Shown here one piece after another: positions 46,762-61,000 of a stretch of 64,000 nt of DNA. Origin of the DNA: Takakia lepidozioides (taxonomy: Eukaryota; Plantae; Bryophyta). A model generated the notes under the pieces. The model was not told the DNA's origin and ran no database searches. It saw nothing but the letters and a program-made list of their open reading frames with translations. The stretch spans positions 11,346,001 through 11,410,000 of the forward strand of contig CM060734.1 of assembly GCA_030704615.1 (NCBI GenBank). Reading direction: 5' to 3'. Both the position numbers and the translations under genes were made by a program. Position 1 is the first letter of the stretch. Each line of letters starts with the position of its first letter.

Positions 46762-46924
46762 CTCAACTTGTATATGATCCGTGAGGCATGAAATGAGGAA
46801 CGGTAGATAACACTGTGACCAGATCATTGCGTACTTCCCATTTGCACATAATTATATTGGTTCAAGAAACAGATTTTATCTTGCTGACCTGCAGGAATCT
46901 GGGCTCTAACATGGGAATGCGCAG

Positions 46925-49900
46925 GCAATTGGGATAGGAACAATGTTGGTGACGCCGATCCTGGGAAGCTTGTCAGATGACTATGGTCGAAAGCCGCTGC
47001 TCATGATCCCCTTCACTGCCGCCATTTTGCCTGCCGGTACGTTGAACCCACCTTTAACCTGAGAGCTTTTTTGAAATCTTCCTGTGCCCCAGTCCAGGGA
47101 GCGTTTCTCGCATCTAAACTTGAGATTGCATGAACGAATTCTAAGCGCAGAGCAACGTCTGCAAGTCCAGAGGTCTATCTACCCCATGGGGTTTAATTGT
47201 AACAGGTCTACCCTTCCTGACGATAGGGCTGCACTCTGCAAAAACTTAGGAACCTTGAGCCGTGATGTTCATTGGGTAAGGTCTGTTGATTTGATTCTTG
47301 CTGAGCTAAGCTGCGGAGACCAAGTTCATATACCAGAGGAAGCGTGGACCGAAGCATTTGTTGGTGCTAGTTGCTAAACTGCATAGTTTTGAATTCCCTT
47401 AGAACTACCTTGAGTCCTTCTTTGGTGTCTAGGCGTCGGTCCCTCGTTCGTTCTGCACAGCGGGGCGCTCCTAACATGGCAAGATGGTGACAGCGGTATT
47501 GGCATACAGCAGGGAAAGGGCGTTTGTGTACACCTACATAGTGTTGCGCACACTGGTGTCAGTGGTTAGTGAAGGCAGCACCACCTGCCTTGCTCTTGCT
47601 TATGTGGTATATGCTTCCTTTATCTCACACTGTGTCTTTCGAATGCACACTCATTATCCCTTTTGGTTAGATTGGTTATTGCACACACCTGTTTGAATTT
47701 GAATCCCTCGCAAGGGGCCAGAAAAAAGATGAAAAATGACACCCCAAGATCGTCCTCGAGCGGTGGGCTTACATCTACCGTGTATGGAAAAAGAGGCGTA
47801 CACAGTTCGTGATTTATGTCTGGGCTCAGCTAGTTTTACGTCCTGATCCATATACATTTGATCACCTCGTTGATGCAATTCGCAATAGTGCACAGATTTG
47901 CAGACTCGCAATATTTCCCTGGAAAGCAATCTCAACACTACAGTTAGCTGTTTGATGAAGATACATGTGCTCAATGTGTTTTGACTTAGGAATATATGTA
48001 TGTGCATCCGCAATTGAAACAGGCAGATACTGTCGAGGAGCAGCTGCGTGCCCCTGCTTTTGGATTCATGATGGGGTCTCTTTCAGCCGGCTTTGTTTTG
48101 GGAACCGTTTTGGCCCGTTGGCTATCAGAAGACCATGTCTTCAAAGTAAGTGCACATAACTCTCAAACAAGTTTCTCTAATCTACTTCCTTTGTCTGGCG
48201 TAAGTGAACAGGTTCGATATGAACCTGATATGAATTACCTCACAATTCATGTGACATGAAACTTTATGAACTGTTCATCAGTTCTTCTTCTTGAATCTGC
48301 CAGGCTTGACAAATTCTGCAGCCAGTGTTGCTAGATTCCAGAACTCTTCAGTTAAACACAGGTTTCAAGTGCTTATTGGCGTACTATGCATTTGAACTCA
48401 ATCCATTGTTCAACGTAGCTGTTGTCTCTCACTATTGTTTCAGGTTGCAGTGCTGCTGGCGGGCATAGCAGCATTGTACTTGAAGTGTTTTTTGGTGGAG
48501 ACAAACCCTCAGGTTGCTATTCTGGCTGGGCTTGGTAATAGTGAAGAGATAGTCCCGCCAAAGCAGGCGTGGCGGCTGATGCTGATGCGCAGCAGTTCGT
48601 CAATCCAGGAGACTGCACACCTTGTGCAGAGCAGGTACCCACATAGTGGCCTCACACATCCCTGTGCACTCCAAGCTGGCTATGGTATTCTTCTAGTCGG
48701 AAACTACTGGAAACAGAGATCATGAGTCTTGTGGTTTGTTGGGCGAGATGAATGTGTTGCTTTGAGTTTTTTTTCCTGCGAAATAGCCTACCTCGGTATA
48801 TGATTTGTGTATGATGCTCGTCGCAGAGGCGGACGACCAGGTTGACAGACTTGTCTCATGGTTGTTGTGTCACAAGTGACTCTTCTGTTTGGTGCATGAA
48901 TGGGTGGATGTGGCAGCAAGGTGCTGACACAGGTGACTTTGGTAGCTTTTATCTCAAGCCTGGGAGAAGCCGGTCTTCAGAGCTCCCTCTTGGTGAATTT
49001 CCTTGCTCCTCTCCACCTTGTCTGCCCTGCTAATTTGGCTTTTTCAGGCCAGGCAACCACACCACAACCTCTTTCTCTCTCTAGGTTGTGAGGACGCCTG
49101 GGGTCCTAACAACACGTCTGACAGAGTGTAGGGTCGGCTGTATGACTGATGAGGGTAGGGTGTGCATAGTAAGACAGTTATGCCCCATCATTCAAGAATT
49201 ATGAAAATAGGGTAACAGTTGTTCCTTCAACAAGGCCAACACACAGGCCCCATTGCAAGGTCAAGATACCACTGGCCATACTCAGAAGCTGAGATAATCA
49301 AGGTTCATTGCTCTGAGCACTTAACTTGAAAAGACAGGCATGGATGATGTGGTGTAGTATTATCTGAAGGCCACCTTCAACTTTGGTAAGGATCAGTTTG
49401 CAGATCTGCTGCTCATTGCTGGAGGAGCATCAGTCATTGCTCAGGTAGACACATGTCAAGAATGCACCCATTAATCCTCTTGCATGTCTCTGCCTGTTCC
49501 AAGGTTCTTTCCTTCAAAGCTGCACATCGACTTTTGTTCCCTCCTTTGTTACGGGATGGCATCAGAGATGTGTATAACGAGAGATTGAGTCTCTGAGATA
49601 GGATAATGGCATTGTATAGATGGTGCTGTTGCCTTTGCTGGTGCACTTGGTCGGGGAGCAAAAGGTCCTATGCCTTGGGTTGTTTGCCTCTGCCATATAC
49701 GTAAGCATCTGTCCTTCCTCGTTTCACTTCCATTCCATACCGATTCGTGGCTGAATCCAAAAAGAAACCAGCAAATTGTGTGGCTAAGAGTCAATCTACC
49801 TTTAGAAATTGACAAGGGATGATGATGCAGTGGCATTTGAAATAATAAAAATGTTTTCATGCGTGGCATCCAATGTAGGAGGAGAGAGATAAATCACCCA

Positions 49901-51438
49901 CTGTTTTGCTCTCTTACTTGCCTTCTATAATGTTTGTGCAGGCATTTCTATATGGCATTGCTTGGGCTCCCTGGGTACTGCTCTCCTCCCCCTTCTTATC
50001 TCCCTAGTTCTCTTTTCCTTCTCTTTTTCCGCTCAGTTTGAGCGCGGAGTCAATGCTATGGCAAACAACGTCTTATGAGTACATTCTTTTCCTTCTCTTT
50101 CTTTTTGTCAAATTTACACATCATATCCATTTTAGCCCCATTCACATTTCATTTGTTTGATAGATAGACCAATTTCTGGCCTCCACTGGTGTACTGCCAT
50201 GTACCGGAAGACAGAAACCACCAGCACCAGACTCTTCGCTAGTAAAAATTATACGTCCTGTGTACTTTGCAGATGACCACAGACTTGGAAGGTTCCTGGT
50301 TGTGTTCAATATTGAATGCTATCTATATATTTGCATATTTTTGGAGAAGCACTGCTGACTGGTGCTGCAATCCGGGGTTGACTTGCAGGTTCCATATGTG
50401 GCTGCTTTCACAGGCGTTATGTTTGTATTTGTTGCTCCCTGTGTAAGTTTCCAGCATCTCATGGCTGAATCAAGCAATTCTAACAAATGGGCAACTACTA
50501 CAATGTTCTCCAAGGGTCTGCAGATATCTAGCCTTACCTTCCCAGATGTTAATTGTGTAGCATGTGAATTTCAACATCCACAGGATATCTAAGACGTGCA
50601 TAGCTGAGACTCTGTTGTAATTTGATGACCTGCAGATGGGCAGCATGGTCTCAAAATCAGCATTGCCAGAAGAACAGGTACATTCAACTCTTGTCACTTA
50701 CATGCTAGATCCCCTTCCTCTAAAACGTTCACTGCTCCTTCACTGCTCATATTGGATCTGTCAAGTCATATGTTTGTCCTTTAGTCTCTCTGGGAGAACT
50801 TCAATGACTGGATAACATATAGCTCCGCTTGTTATAAGCCCATTAACAGGTATGACTTTTTCTCAATCCCGTCCATTTACTCAAGATGTGAATAGCATGA
50901 CTTTTCTAGTCATAGGGACAGCCTGTACACAAAAACTGATGCTTGAATGTGATGGATGCAGCGGTATTCTTGTCAAAAAAGGCACCCTTTTATTGTCCAG
51001 GTTTCAGCCTCATTTGTGTTGCAGTTGCCATGGTAATTTACCTGCCCTACTATCCTTCCAAATGAAAAATAGACAGATGCAGGTACATGCATGTGTTTGA
51101 TTGAAGAAGTTTGCATTGTCTCTGGTCTGAGACGTCTGAAGTGGGCCAAGTGAGCATCAGTAGTGTGGAGTATCGATGAGTCAATATCTAACCTGGCGTT
51201 TGAAAATTCACAAAAAATCGGTAGGACCTCTTTTCCTGGATTCGGAACTGCAAATCAACTCCCTCTTGTTGTATATTAGTAGATGGCCTGATTGTGTTGA
51301 TGGGGGCAGATGGTGGCATTCTCTCTGGGCTTCATGTTACCGCCCATGGGCCCTCCGCTTTCAAGCTTCAAGCCCAGCCACTACGTGCAAGTGGTGCCCA
51401 CAGAAGAAAAAAACGAGCACGCATACAGTTGCTCATAA
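46925..51438 (+). CDS. MFS transporter (HIAT1/MFSD14, tetracycline-efflux-like), multi-exon; first exon not found and one exon damaged, possibly a pseudogene
   Basis: Exons 'PILGSLSDDYGRKPLL' (MFS motif A), 'CLALAYV/ADTV', 'YYLKATFNFGKDQFADL', 'AFLYGIAWAPW/VPY', 'SKSALPEEQ' and 'APFYCPGFS' with GT-AG borders. Stop TAA at 51436-51438. Confidence 0.8.
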
Positions 51439-52436
51439 AGCGTACCATAAGACACGCCTTTCTCAAGAGTAAAATGGCCTTGTCCAGTGCAGTTGTGGCT
51501 TTGGAAGCATCAAGATCCGCGAGCTCAGAAAACCACACTAGTAAATTACTATGTGTCATTCACTTCAGCCGAATGAAGCATCGAGGTACTGTCACACCTT
51601 GCGGAATACAAATTGAAATATATCTCAAACAGCTCTCTTGCCTCAAGATTTTTATTGGGGAATATATGATGACTATGTCAACATGGAACTCTCTCTCTCT
51701 CTCTCTCGCAAATGGAATACTTTCTGCGCCCCATTTAGCGAAGCACCTTATTTTACCTATTTGGGGATCACCCTTGCAATTCGCCAACTTTTATCTTCAG
51801 TGATCCCACTACTGTGGAAATGTTGTGAGAGAGAGAGACAGAGACAGAGAACATACCAGGGTTTGAACAGATGGCTGCAATTCCAGACACTATCCTCTGC
51901 ATACACGCCGATCCTTTCATTTCCATAGCATGTCCTGAAAGAAGGATAGCCGGTGTCGTGGGAGGAGTCACCTTCCTCCTCTTTCTTCTCTTTGGAAAGC
52001 AAGAGTCACGCCGGTGCATAGAACCCATTGTCCATCCATCAAACCCAGAAATATACTGCATCATGCTAACCCTCACAAACGTTAACTGCATATGTAGACA
52101 TGGCCAAGACCCGTATTCTTGAGCCGCTACACTGGGTCAACACCTGCGTGTAGATGCGTGCCTACTTTGGCTGCATCTGTTGAGGTGCCAGGAAATACAC
52201 TTGTTTAGAAAACATGGCTTCATCCTTCGAAGATCATCTCCACTTGTCACTCACACCAAGAGTGTGGGAAAGATGTGATTGGCATTTGGCGGGCAATTCG
52301 ATGTTGCGATCTCATACTAAGGTTTTTTCAAGAGTAGAGTCCTTCTTGTATCATCTCTCTTCAATTCTTTCTCTCGCAGACTCTCTCTCACAGTTGCTCA
52401 AACTTTCTGTCTCTGTAAAGGTGTCTGCATTGTGTC

Positions 52437-55400
52437 ATGGCGATGGCGGCATTCTGTTGGGCGCCCACCAATGGGCTTGGGTCGGCACTTCAGTCCTCGT
52501 GCTTGGGTACTACACACTCGAAGGTAATCACAAATTGCGCGATGGGACTTTATGTGTGCATTCACTTCTCACTAGTCTTAATAGTCTGCACCCATCCCGT
52601 TTGTCATCGCTGATTCTGAAGTGACCCGTGTGTGAGGCAATACGTGTTTTGAACGGAAACTATGGGCTTTAAGAAGGTATACGTCGAGATCGGGTATGGA
52701 TGGTGTGTTCCAGATAGAGTATTATGCCTCTTGGTGGGGGTGTAAAGCCCAAGTGAAGGCGTGCATGGTTGCATTTGAGCGGTCTGTTTCTTTGATCTGG
52801 CACCTTGGTAAGTGGATATGATGTAACTTGGTGCTTGGCCAACATGACTCTTCCTAACTCCTCATTCCAAGTCATTTGGCCATCTGCCTTTCAGAGAATC
52901 TTGTTATAGCTATCAATGTGTAAATTGGGACAGCTGTGACTGAGTAGTGTAGAGCAGATTGAGAATAGAAGAGCTGATTGTCAATACAGCAGCAGAGAGT
53001 GAAAGAGTGATGGAGACTTTAAAAGTGTATCGACCTGTCGGTCCTGAAGTCATTGAGATGCATGTGAGGTGGGAGTGCAGGCCCGCATTTCTCATTCAAT
53101 TAGAACCACACTTGGAGGAAGATGGAAAGGACAAACAGGTTGTGGCACTCTGAGTGTTTGCAATTTGCATGTGCGGGCAGGCATTAGCACGGGTATGTCT
53201 GTGACCACTGTTGAGATTTGAATTGAATAAAATCATATACAAACTTTGCAGCAGCTGTTTTAGCTCTAGACCTGTTTTTCTGCCTGCAGTGATGCCCAAC
53301 TGGTGCCTCTAAATGCATCTGTGGTGCTTATCTCCGCAGTAGTGGGACCCATTTGTGGAGTACACATGTTCTGGAATATTACAGGGACTGTGCTTTTGCT
53401 TTTTTTAGGAAAAGTTGGATGTCTGTTTGATTTTGAGGTCTTGGCAGGAGGGTCTGAGAGTGTGGCTAATGACCTCTGTGATTGAAGTCTTACCAAGGGT
53501 GTTTTTGATGTGTATGTCTAGTGGAAGGCACTGAACTGGATGGTATCTCGAATTACAGTGAAGTTGTGCCCGACACCGTCATCTTTGATGATTTTGAACG
53601 GTAAGTGAATTGGTTATATCTTCTATTGTAAAGTCTGATTTGGTGAAGAGCATAGCTGCCAGAATCGCAGGTCCTTATGTTGACGGACCTGGTATTCCAC
53701 ACTGATATATATACATCAGGTCATTCCCCAATATGATGAAAGGCTGAGAGAGTGGAAACGACTGCCTATGTAGGACTCACTTGGCAGCACTCCAGGTTGA
53801 TGCATACATCTGGGTTAGGATTCTGCAGCATTACCCAATACTTGCTATGTGGTCAGGTTCCCGCCGACAGCAGCCACTGTGAGCTCTTCGCTGCTCCTTG
53901 GCATCACTAGCCTTCCGAAAGCCAGATATAATGTAAGAGACTGCCCACCTGCAGACATCTATGTAGTCTCCCAGCTGTGGTCTGAACTACTAAGCGAATA
54001 GATTAAATCATGTCCTTTTCTTAAACAGCTCTCTATTTCTGGACTGCAAAAGAGTCAAACCACAGGGAGTATGCATGATCACAGTGCTGCATGCTATTCA
54101 TGGCGTGCCGTATCCTGTCCTCTACCCTTAAGACTTGGCCTAAATTTTTAAATTGTTGATTTTGAGTTCCATTATGTTTGTGTCCATTGAGTGGACTGCA
54201 GTGGCAGTTGCTGAAAGAAAGCGAGCCACAATTGCTGCTCACAATCTGAGCACTGTATAATTATGGTCAGTTTGAAGTGTTGTCAAGAGCTCTGGTGTCT
54301 TGGTTGACTCAGGCTGTGTGGTATTTTTGACTTACAGAGTGTAATTGACAGCGCATTGGCATATGGCCAATGCTACTTGGAGCAGAACAGTGGGGGCCGC
54401 CTTTCGTGCTTTCTGAACAAGGTTCTCTGAAACTGCTATTGATGATCTACTGAATGCCTAAGAAAGTTTGAAGTTTCTGTGGAACCCAAGTTGAGCCGTA
54501 TTTGTTTGCTCTCATATGTTTATTCTGGATGCATGGACATGGTTGCTGGAGGACAGGCATTGGTAAATGTGGGAGCTGAATTGGTGAAGTTGGTACCGGG
54601 CAGGGTTTCCACTGAGGTGGATGCTCGATTGGCCTATGACACTGCAGGCATTATCAAGGAGGCAAGTCCAATTGCCTACAACTTATCCAGGACTAGCAGT
54701 ATCATACACTGTCAAACCCTGCAGAGAACCCATCCTTGAATGAGGTTGCTTACAGAAGAGTTGATATAACCAGTGGTGACAACAGCTACAGCCGACTTGT
54801 ATGGCAGTAAAATGACAAGAGCAGAACCAGTACAGCATAAAGTATCAGAGGCAAAGAAATAACAAGTTGTGGATATACTCATAAGACGTTGTTTGCCGTA
54901 GCCTTGTGGCCATTGACCCTGCGCCTAGTTTGAGCGGAACACAAAGGGACAGAAACTACCTTTGTCAGGGACTGACGCCGGTAGTATGACTTACCTTGGA
55001 ACAGACAATTGCTCCAAATTTTCCAGATATCCTCAAATCCCTTCACACAAGCATCAATCTGCTGTGTGTGACAAATTGTGGATATAGTACTTTAGGTTGG
55101 CATTGTAGGTGGTACTAGAAAGTTTGAATAGGTGGAGACTGTGACAATGACTGTTGTATAGTTCTTTAAGTCTTAGTAGCCCAGCACGAAAAACACATTA
55201 TGTCTATGACCATGGAGTCTAATTATCAATGGACACCAATGGGCTTGTGAGGATGGCAGGTGCATGAGCTGCTGAGACTGTATGATGAGGTGGAGGTCAG
55301 TCGAGACCGCTTGCTGTTCAAAATTCCCTCCACCTGGCAGGTATCCCTATGCCCTGCTGCAGTGTAAGGCACCCAGTGAAAGTCCTTCACCTTGTGCATG

Positions 55401-57465
55401 TCCGTGAGCTGGTTTATAGAAGCAGATTTATTGTGTTCCAGCTCTACTTTGGGCTATAGTGACGTTACAGGAACCAAGTGGTGCTTGAGAATGAAAACTC
55501 TAGATGGTTCGTCCCCAGAAAGTGTTGTCGCTAAAATCTCTGGCTTGCTAATTATCGCAGTGTAGATGCAGGGAATTGAAGCTGCAAGGCAGCTGGAGGC
55601 CGAGGGCATCCAAACACATGTTACCCTAGTTTACAGGTTGCTCCTCCTATTTCATGTGTGATTGTGTTGCTTGTAGGAAGAACCTTATATCAGTGATTAC
55701 AGCAAGAGAAAATTAACTTTTTGTCACAAGAACAAGCAGATTCTCTTGTTGCACCCAGGTGGTCTAAGAGTAAGTTCACTAGAAACATTTTCCAAGGCAG
55801 CTTTCCAGCCCACCACTGCAAGTCCATGGTATGAGAGCATAGCTTGTTGTAATTCTCTGTTAATGGACATCATTATGCAGCTTCCCTCAAGCTTCTGCGG
55901 CAGCACAAGCTGGTGCATCAGTAATTCAGATTTTTGTGGGGCGAGTTCGGGTAAGTGCTATCCTGATGCAGCTGCTGTTTACTGGGGTTGTTATATGTCT
56001 GGTGTGGTTCACATCGTTATGCCACATTAAATACACAATCCTCCTTGAATGAATCAGGCTATGCATAGTGGTGCGAGTGGTTTTTCGAAAATGCAAGGCC
56101 TTATGGTGGTATTGATGGATCCAACAGGACTGGGCACGCAACCATTCCGGTGACAAGGATGTTGAGGCAGCCCTGCAAAAGGGCGAGGATCCTGGTATTG
56201 CCTTAGTAAGTTCCTTTCACTCCATGTTTTCTGGCGGTGATTGCAAAGATACTCAACAGCATTGCAAATATGAACAACATTAGAAGCAAGTCAAATGCAA
56301 GAACCAAGCTGTGTCTCTGTACTGCATTGGGTGACAGCATTCTACTTTCAACACTTTGTGTCATGTTTGGGAGTTTAAAGGCATCTACGTGAGGTAAAAT
56401 TGTAACTTTGTAGGCTTCACTCATTTTGGTAGTACTAAATACAAAGTAACGGACAAGATACGACAGTAACAAAGAAGAAAACGAGAAAAAGAAACACGAT
56501 AGTTTTTCAATATTCAAAATTTTGCCGTTGTCATATTGCACATATGCTGGGTTCTGTAACTCTGATGCAGGCAAACACTTTTCCACTGTCTCTTTCAGAA
56601 GTATGTAGAAATACCAATCACATAAGCATAAACTGAACTCAGCAAAGAACTCTCTGGGGGTTTGCCTCAAAGATCATGGAATTTGGCTGGGGGTTGTTCC
56701 TTGACCTGCAGGCAGCCAAGGCATACAACTACATTCATAAGTATGGGCACAAGTCGAAACTTATGGCTGCGGCTCTGCGCAACAAGCAAGATGTGTTCAG
56801 CCTGCTAGGGTAATCTCGCTAAGCTGCTGACTCACACCTCAAGGGATCTTCTGACTGTGCTTTTCACTGTTTGACCGTCTTACGAAGCACAATTGTAAGA
56901 GTAGCCTAGTACTGGATGCTTTGAGGTTACCCGTTGCTGCTGGTAATACGTTCTTCTATTTTGAGAAAGACATAACTTGCTGACTTACATAATAAGGGGT
57001 GTGGGGATTTCCCAAGAACAGGCTCGACTATCTAGTGGTACCTGTCAAGGTGCTACAATCACTGAAGGAGTCAAAGGCTGTCTTGGAGGATAAGTACGCA
57101 TTTGCAAAGCGCCTAACAGCATCTGCAGCAGAAGCTGCTCAGTTCACTACTGAAGAGGTAGAATCTGTATGCTCACTGTCTGCAATGATATTTCTGAATA
57201 CACTGAATTCCTGTCCATGATTGCTCCCCTTCAGTGTGTTTTGAAAGTGCTACAACATTAAGGCATTGTTTGTGGCCTACAATTCAAAGAACTTGGTGTG
57301 GACTTCACATGTGTGCAGCTAGTGAAGTGGGATCAAACCAGTTTTGGAGCAGCTCTTACTCCCTCTGCAGAAGAGCTCTTGGCAAGTGGCCTTGAGGGAT
57401 ATATCACCAACACCAAGCGTGTGGAAGAGCACTTTTCCAAAATCTGGCCCCCTCCAAATGTGTAG
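52437..57465 (+). CDS. Transaldolase-like protein (plant family of Arabidopsis At1g12230), multi-exon, probable N-terminal transit peptide
   Basis: Exons '[25 protein letters not shown]', '[16 protein letters not shown]', '[19 protein letters not shown]', 'DWARNHSGD', '[12 protein letters not shown]', ending 'KIWPPPNV*'. The exon(s) between 52523 and 53522 were not resolved. Confidence 0.92.
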
Positions 57466-58045
57466 CAAAGCACTTGGGACCTGTGATGAACAGTAGTGCT
57501 GTTGGTTTACATCCAATCAGAGCAGTCAAATATGTTGCACTAGTACAAAAATAGAGAAAAGATGATTCGGTATTGATGTTGGATGGGTTTTGTTCAGTAT
57601 TGTACCTGTGGAGAAATAGCTGGTCAATGGGTGTTGGAAGACTGTCACCATTGTGAACTAACTATATTTACAGATGATACCATCCTATAAAATCTTCCAT
57701 TTGATAGTGTGATGTCTTTCCAGAGGGTTAAGCTTGCATTCCTACTCCTACTTCATTCCCTGCAGAAGTAAGCTTGAACTTCTGCAGAAGTTGCTAGTTG
57801 TTTCACAGTCAAGTGAACAAAGCCAATGATGATACTGAATTATTGGTAAGGGATTTAGCCGACCACTGCAAACATCAAGAGTAATCCTATATTTTATTAA
57901 ATCCTCTTGCAATGCATTCTTCAGTCAACAAATACCAAAAAGCAACCAAATCTAAAATCACAGTACATCACAGCTCTATGAGTTTCTAAATCTCAACGAA
58001 CCTAAAAGAGCACTGTGTTACAGTTAAAGTGGCGGACTTAACCTG

Positions 58046-61000
58046 CTACCTATCAGATGATGGTATTGTTGCTCCATCTCCTTGGATCCAGCCCATTCCC
58101 ACAAGAAGCTCATACACACGATCAGTTTTGATGGGGTCCACTTTGAACATGTAATAAGCGTCCGACCTCGAGACCTGCCCTTTCTTCATGCTCTCCAGCA
58201 TCAGCACCTCCTTCATCTTAAGGTAATGTGCTGGTTGCAACCGGAATTGAGCACAGAGTTCATGCTCCTGCATTAAGCAAACAATCAAGACAATAAGCCA
58301 AAGTATTCACCTATAAAGGCTTGAATGTATTCTTTGCCAACTCTTGGATGACACGTGAGTGCCTGCCAAAATAACAATTACTCTCACCTGCCAAATCCTG
58401 TCAAGCACAACGGCTGCTGTGTATGTAAAAAAGGGACATGAATGTTGTATGCTCCTGTGACACACTTGCGAACTATCGGTCTCAGTTGTAATTGACTGGA
58501 TCGAATCACTTACAGTGTGTGATAATAGTTCCACACCAGGATAGCCTGCAAGATCCAGCAGAACACTGGATCTTTTAGCACCCTTACCACCAGCACTAAC
58601 CAAAAGTGTGCTGCCACTCAGTAGATGGTGCCCACCGTTTCGACCTTTTTGGCTGTCTCTTGCATTTCCTGATGATGCAGCCTCTCCATCTCTCTCCCTA
58701 TTCAAGTACCGATTGGATCGATGTGTAGGTTTCCCGCTTAACAAATACGAGGCACTTTCTCTAGCCTTCCGTAAATTAACCTCAGTCTCTCGCCTTTTCT
58801 TTTCTGAACCGTATAATTCTCCCTCCGCCAGTGTGCGACAGCCAGCCAAGCGATATTCCTGCAAACAACTTTCCTCTTAGAGCAAAGCACTTGACACTTG
58901 TGCATTGTGACTTGAAGGTAACATCATAAATCAAGGGTACATGTGACAATACAAGGGCTGTTGCCGCTTTTAGAACTCAAACTTGGATACCTCAACATAG
59001 ACTAAGGAGATGGCGAGGTCTGGGGAGTTGATGGTGTAAATCTTGGTGATTTCAAATTCGGTGTGACAAGGCAGGCTACATGAGGACCACTTGCGTAAGA
59101 GCCCTTGTAATTACTGCTACCAGATTACAGGTACAGTGGCCATTCACCTTAGTGTGGACAACTTCAAAAGTAAACAGTACCACAGTTCATTCGTCCATAT
59201 CAAAACATCCAGAGATGCCAGTCAGATACTCGCCATCTAATAAATAGAATCCCATAGTGCACAAATCCTCAAGGCATCTCTGGAGTGCATCTTGTCTATG
59301 TGTACTGACACCCTTATCTAATAATTAGAACCTATAGTGCACAAAATCCTCAAAGGCGTCTCTGGGGTGAACCTTGCCCATGTGTGCGGACACCCTCTTG
59401 TTAGAGAGGCCGTAAAGGAATACTTTTCCCTCCTCCCTCCCTCCCTCCCTCCCTCATCATCTTTCTCTGGCATAATGACTCTGAAAAGACTACCTGTAAT
59501 TCTTCGATCCGCTGCCGAAGTTTGCGCTCAGCATTGAGGCCTGCCAGCAAGGCCTCATGCTCCTCCATAGAATGATAGCGCATGAATACACGGGTGCGCT
59601 GATACAGCTCCCTCTCCTCTTTCGACCGCTTCCTGTCTAGTGCTTGCTGTCGCTTCAGATTGAGGAGACCCCTCTCCAATATGAATTCCTTCCGCCGTTT
59701 CCTTTCATCAAGCCTGTCATTTACAACAGAAGGGGCAGTGTGTGCACAAGTGCGAGGATTTGCCAAGGTGAGTACTTACATCCCAAGAGGTATCTGCAGA
59801 GGTAAAGATACAAGCATCTAACTGCTACGATAAATCAAAAAACTCCATCCAATTCATAATAGCTCATCCTCGGAGAATTGAAGTCACTGCTTGGAATCTA
59901 ATGACTTCGCAATCACTGACATAACCAAAGGATTTCCAGATTTAGACTCAAATAACTTAAAGAAATTACGACTCAAATAAAAAGTGAATGCATGTCCAAA
60001 CTATTTCCTTGAAGACAGCTGCAAAAGCAAAAATCCTCTACTGTACTAACCTGGAGAGGTAAATGTGGAGCATACGAAGTTTCAACTCACGATCTGTTTC
60101 AGTATCATTATCCTTAAATTCCATCTCAGCCAATGGAATCTCTGCATCATTGTCGTACTCAGGATCAAATTCCTGCCGCTTTGGGATGTAACCAGACTCG
60201 GCACTGTTTATGCCTGCCTTGTTATCATCAGGCAGCGGCTTTGGCTTCTTGCCACCAATGCTTCGATTGCTGTGCCCTCCATCTGTATCTCAAAACAAGA
60301 CTACCTTTTAAACTTGTGTTCAGTTCCCAAGTTCTCCCCTTGTTTAGGAAAATTACAAATTCTGAAATTTCAGACTCCACCTTGTCGTGCGTGCCAAAGT
60401 TCTGGCAGACACTAACATGAATGCTTAGCGCTAGGCGGGAGCGGCCAATAGTCATCCCCCAGTAGTTCCCTTTTGTGTCAACTCGTTGATGAATCTAATT
60501 GTGCGCCTGCAAATGAGCTGGGCTTAGAGGGACAAATTGAACAGGGGGTCAACTGGTGGACCACTGCTGAGAGACATGATACAGCACAGCTTAATGGAAA
60601 AGGCCAGGACCGGGCCTAGACAGATTCATGCTCTCCTACGTGCTTGAAGAGGGTAATCATGCACATAACCTTGCCAACTTTGGTAACAAAAAGCTGTGTT
60701 AAAGGAGCTACAGAATCACCTTCAACTGCAGTACCAGTGGCGGGGCCTTCCATCCCCTCCTTCACTTGAACCCCTCCAGCTGCTTTCTGGCCCTTAGATC
60801 CTGGCCCAGTTGTAGGACCACCCGAGTCAGCAGCTGTTTGACTCCCACTAGCTCTCCCATCCCCGTCCTCCCCCTCGCTCCCTTGTGTTGAAAGTAGTGG
60901 TTTGATATCTTTAGAGCCTGCTCATGCACAGAAACACTTCTGACAAATAGAAAAGATATTTGAAACTAGACCTGCCCTGGCCACTTGCAGTTTCTGTCAA

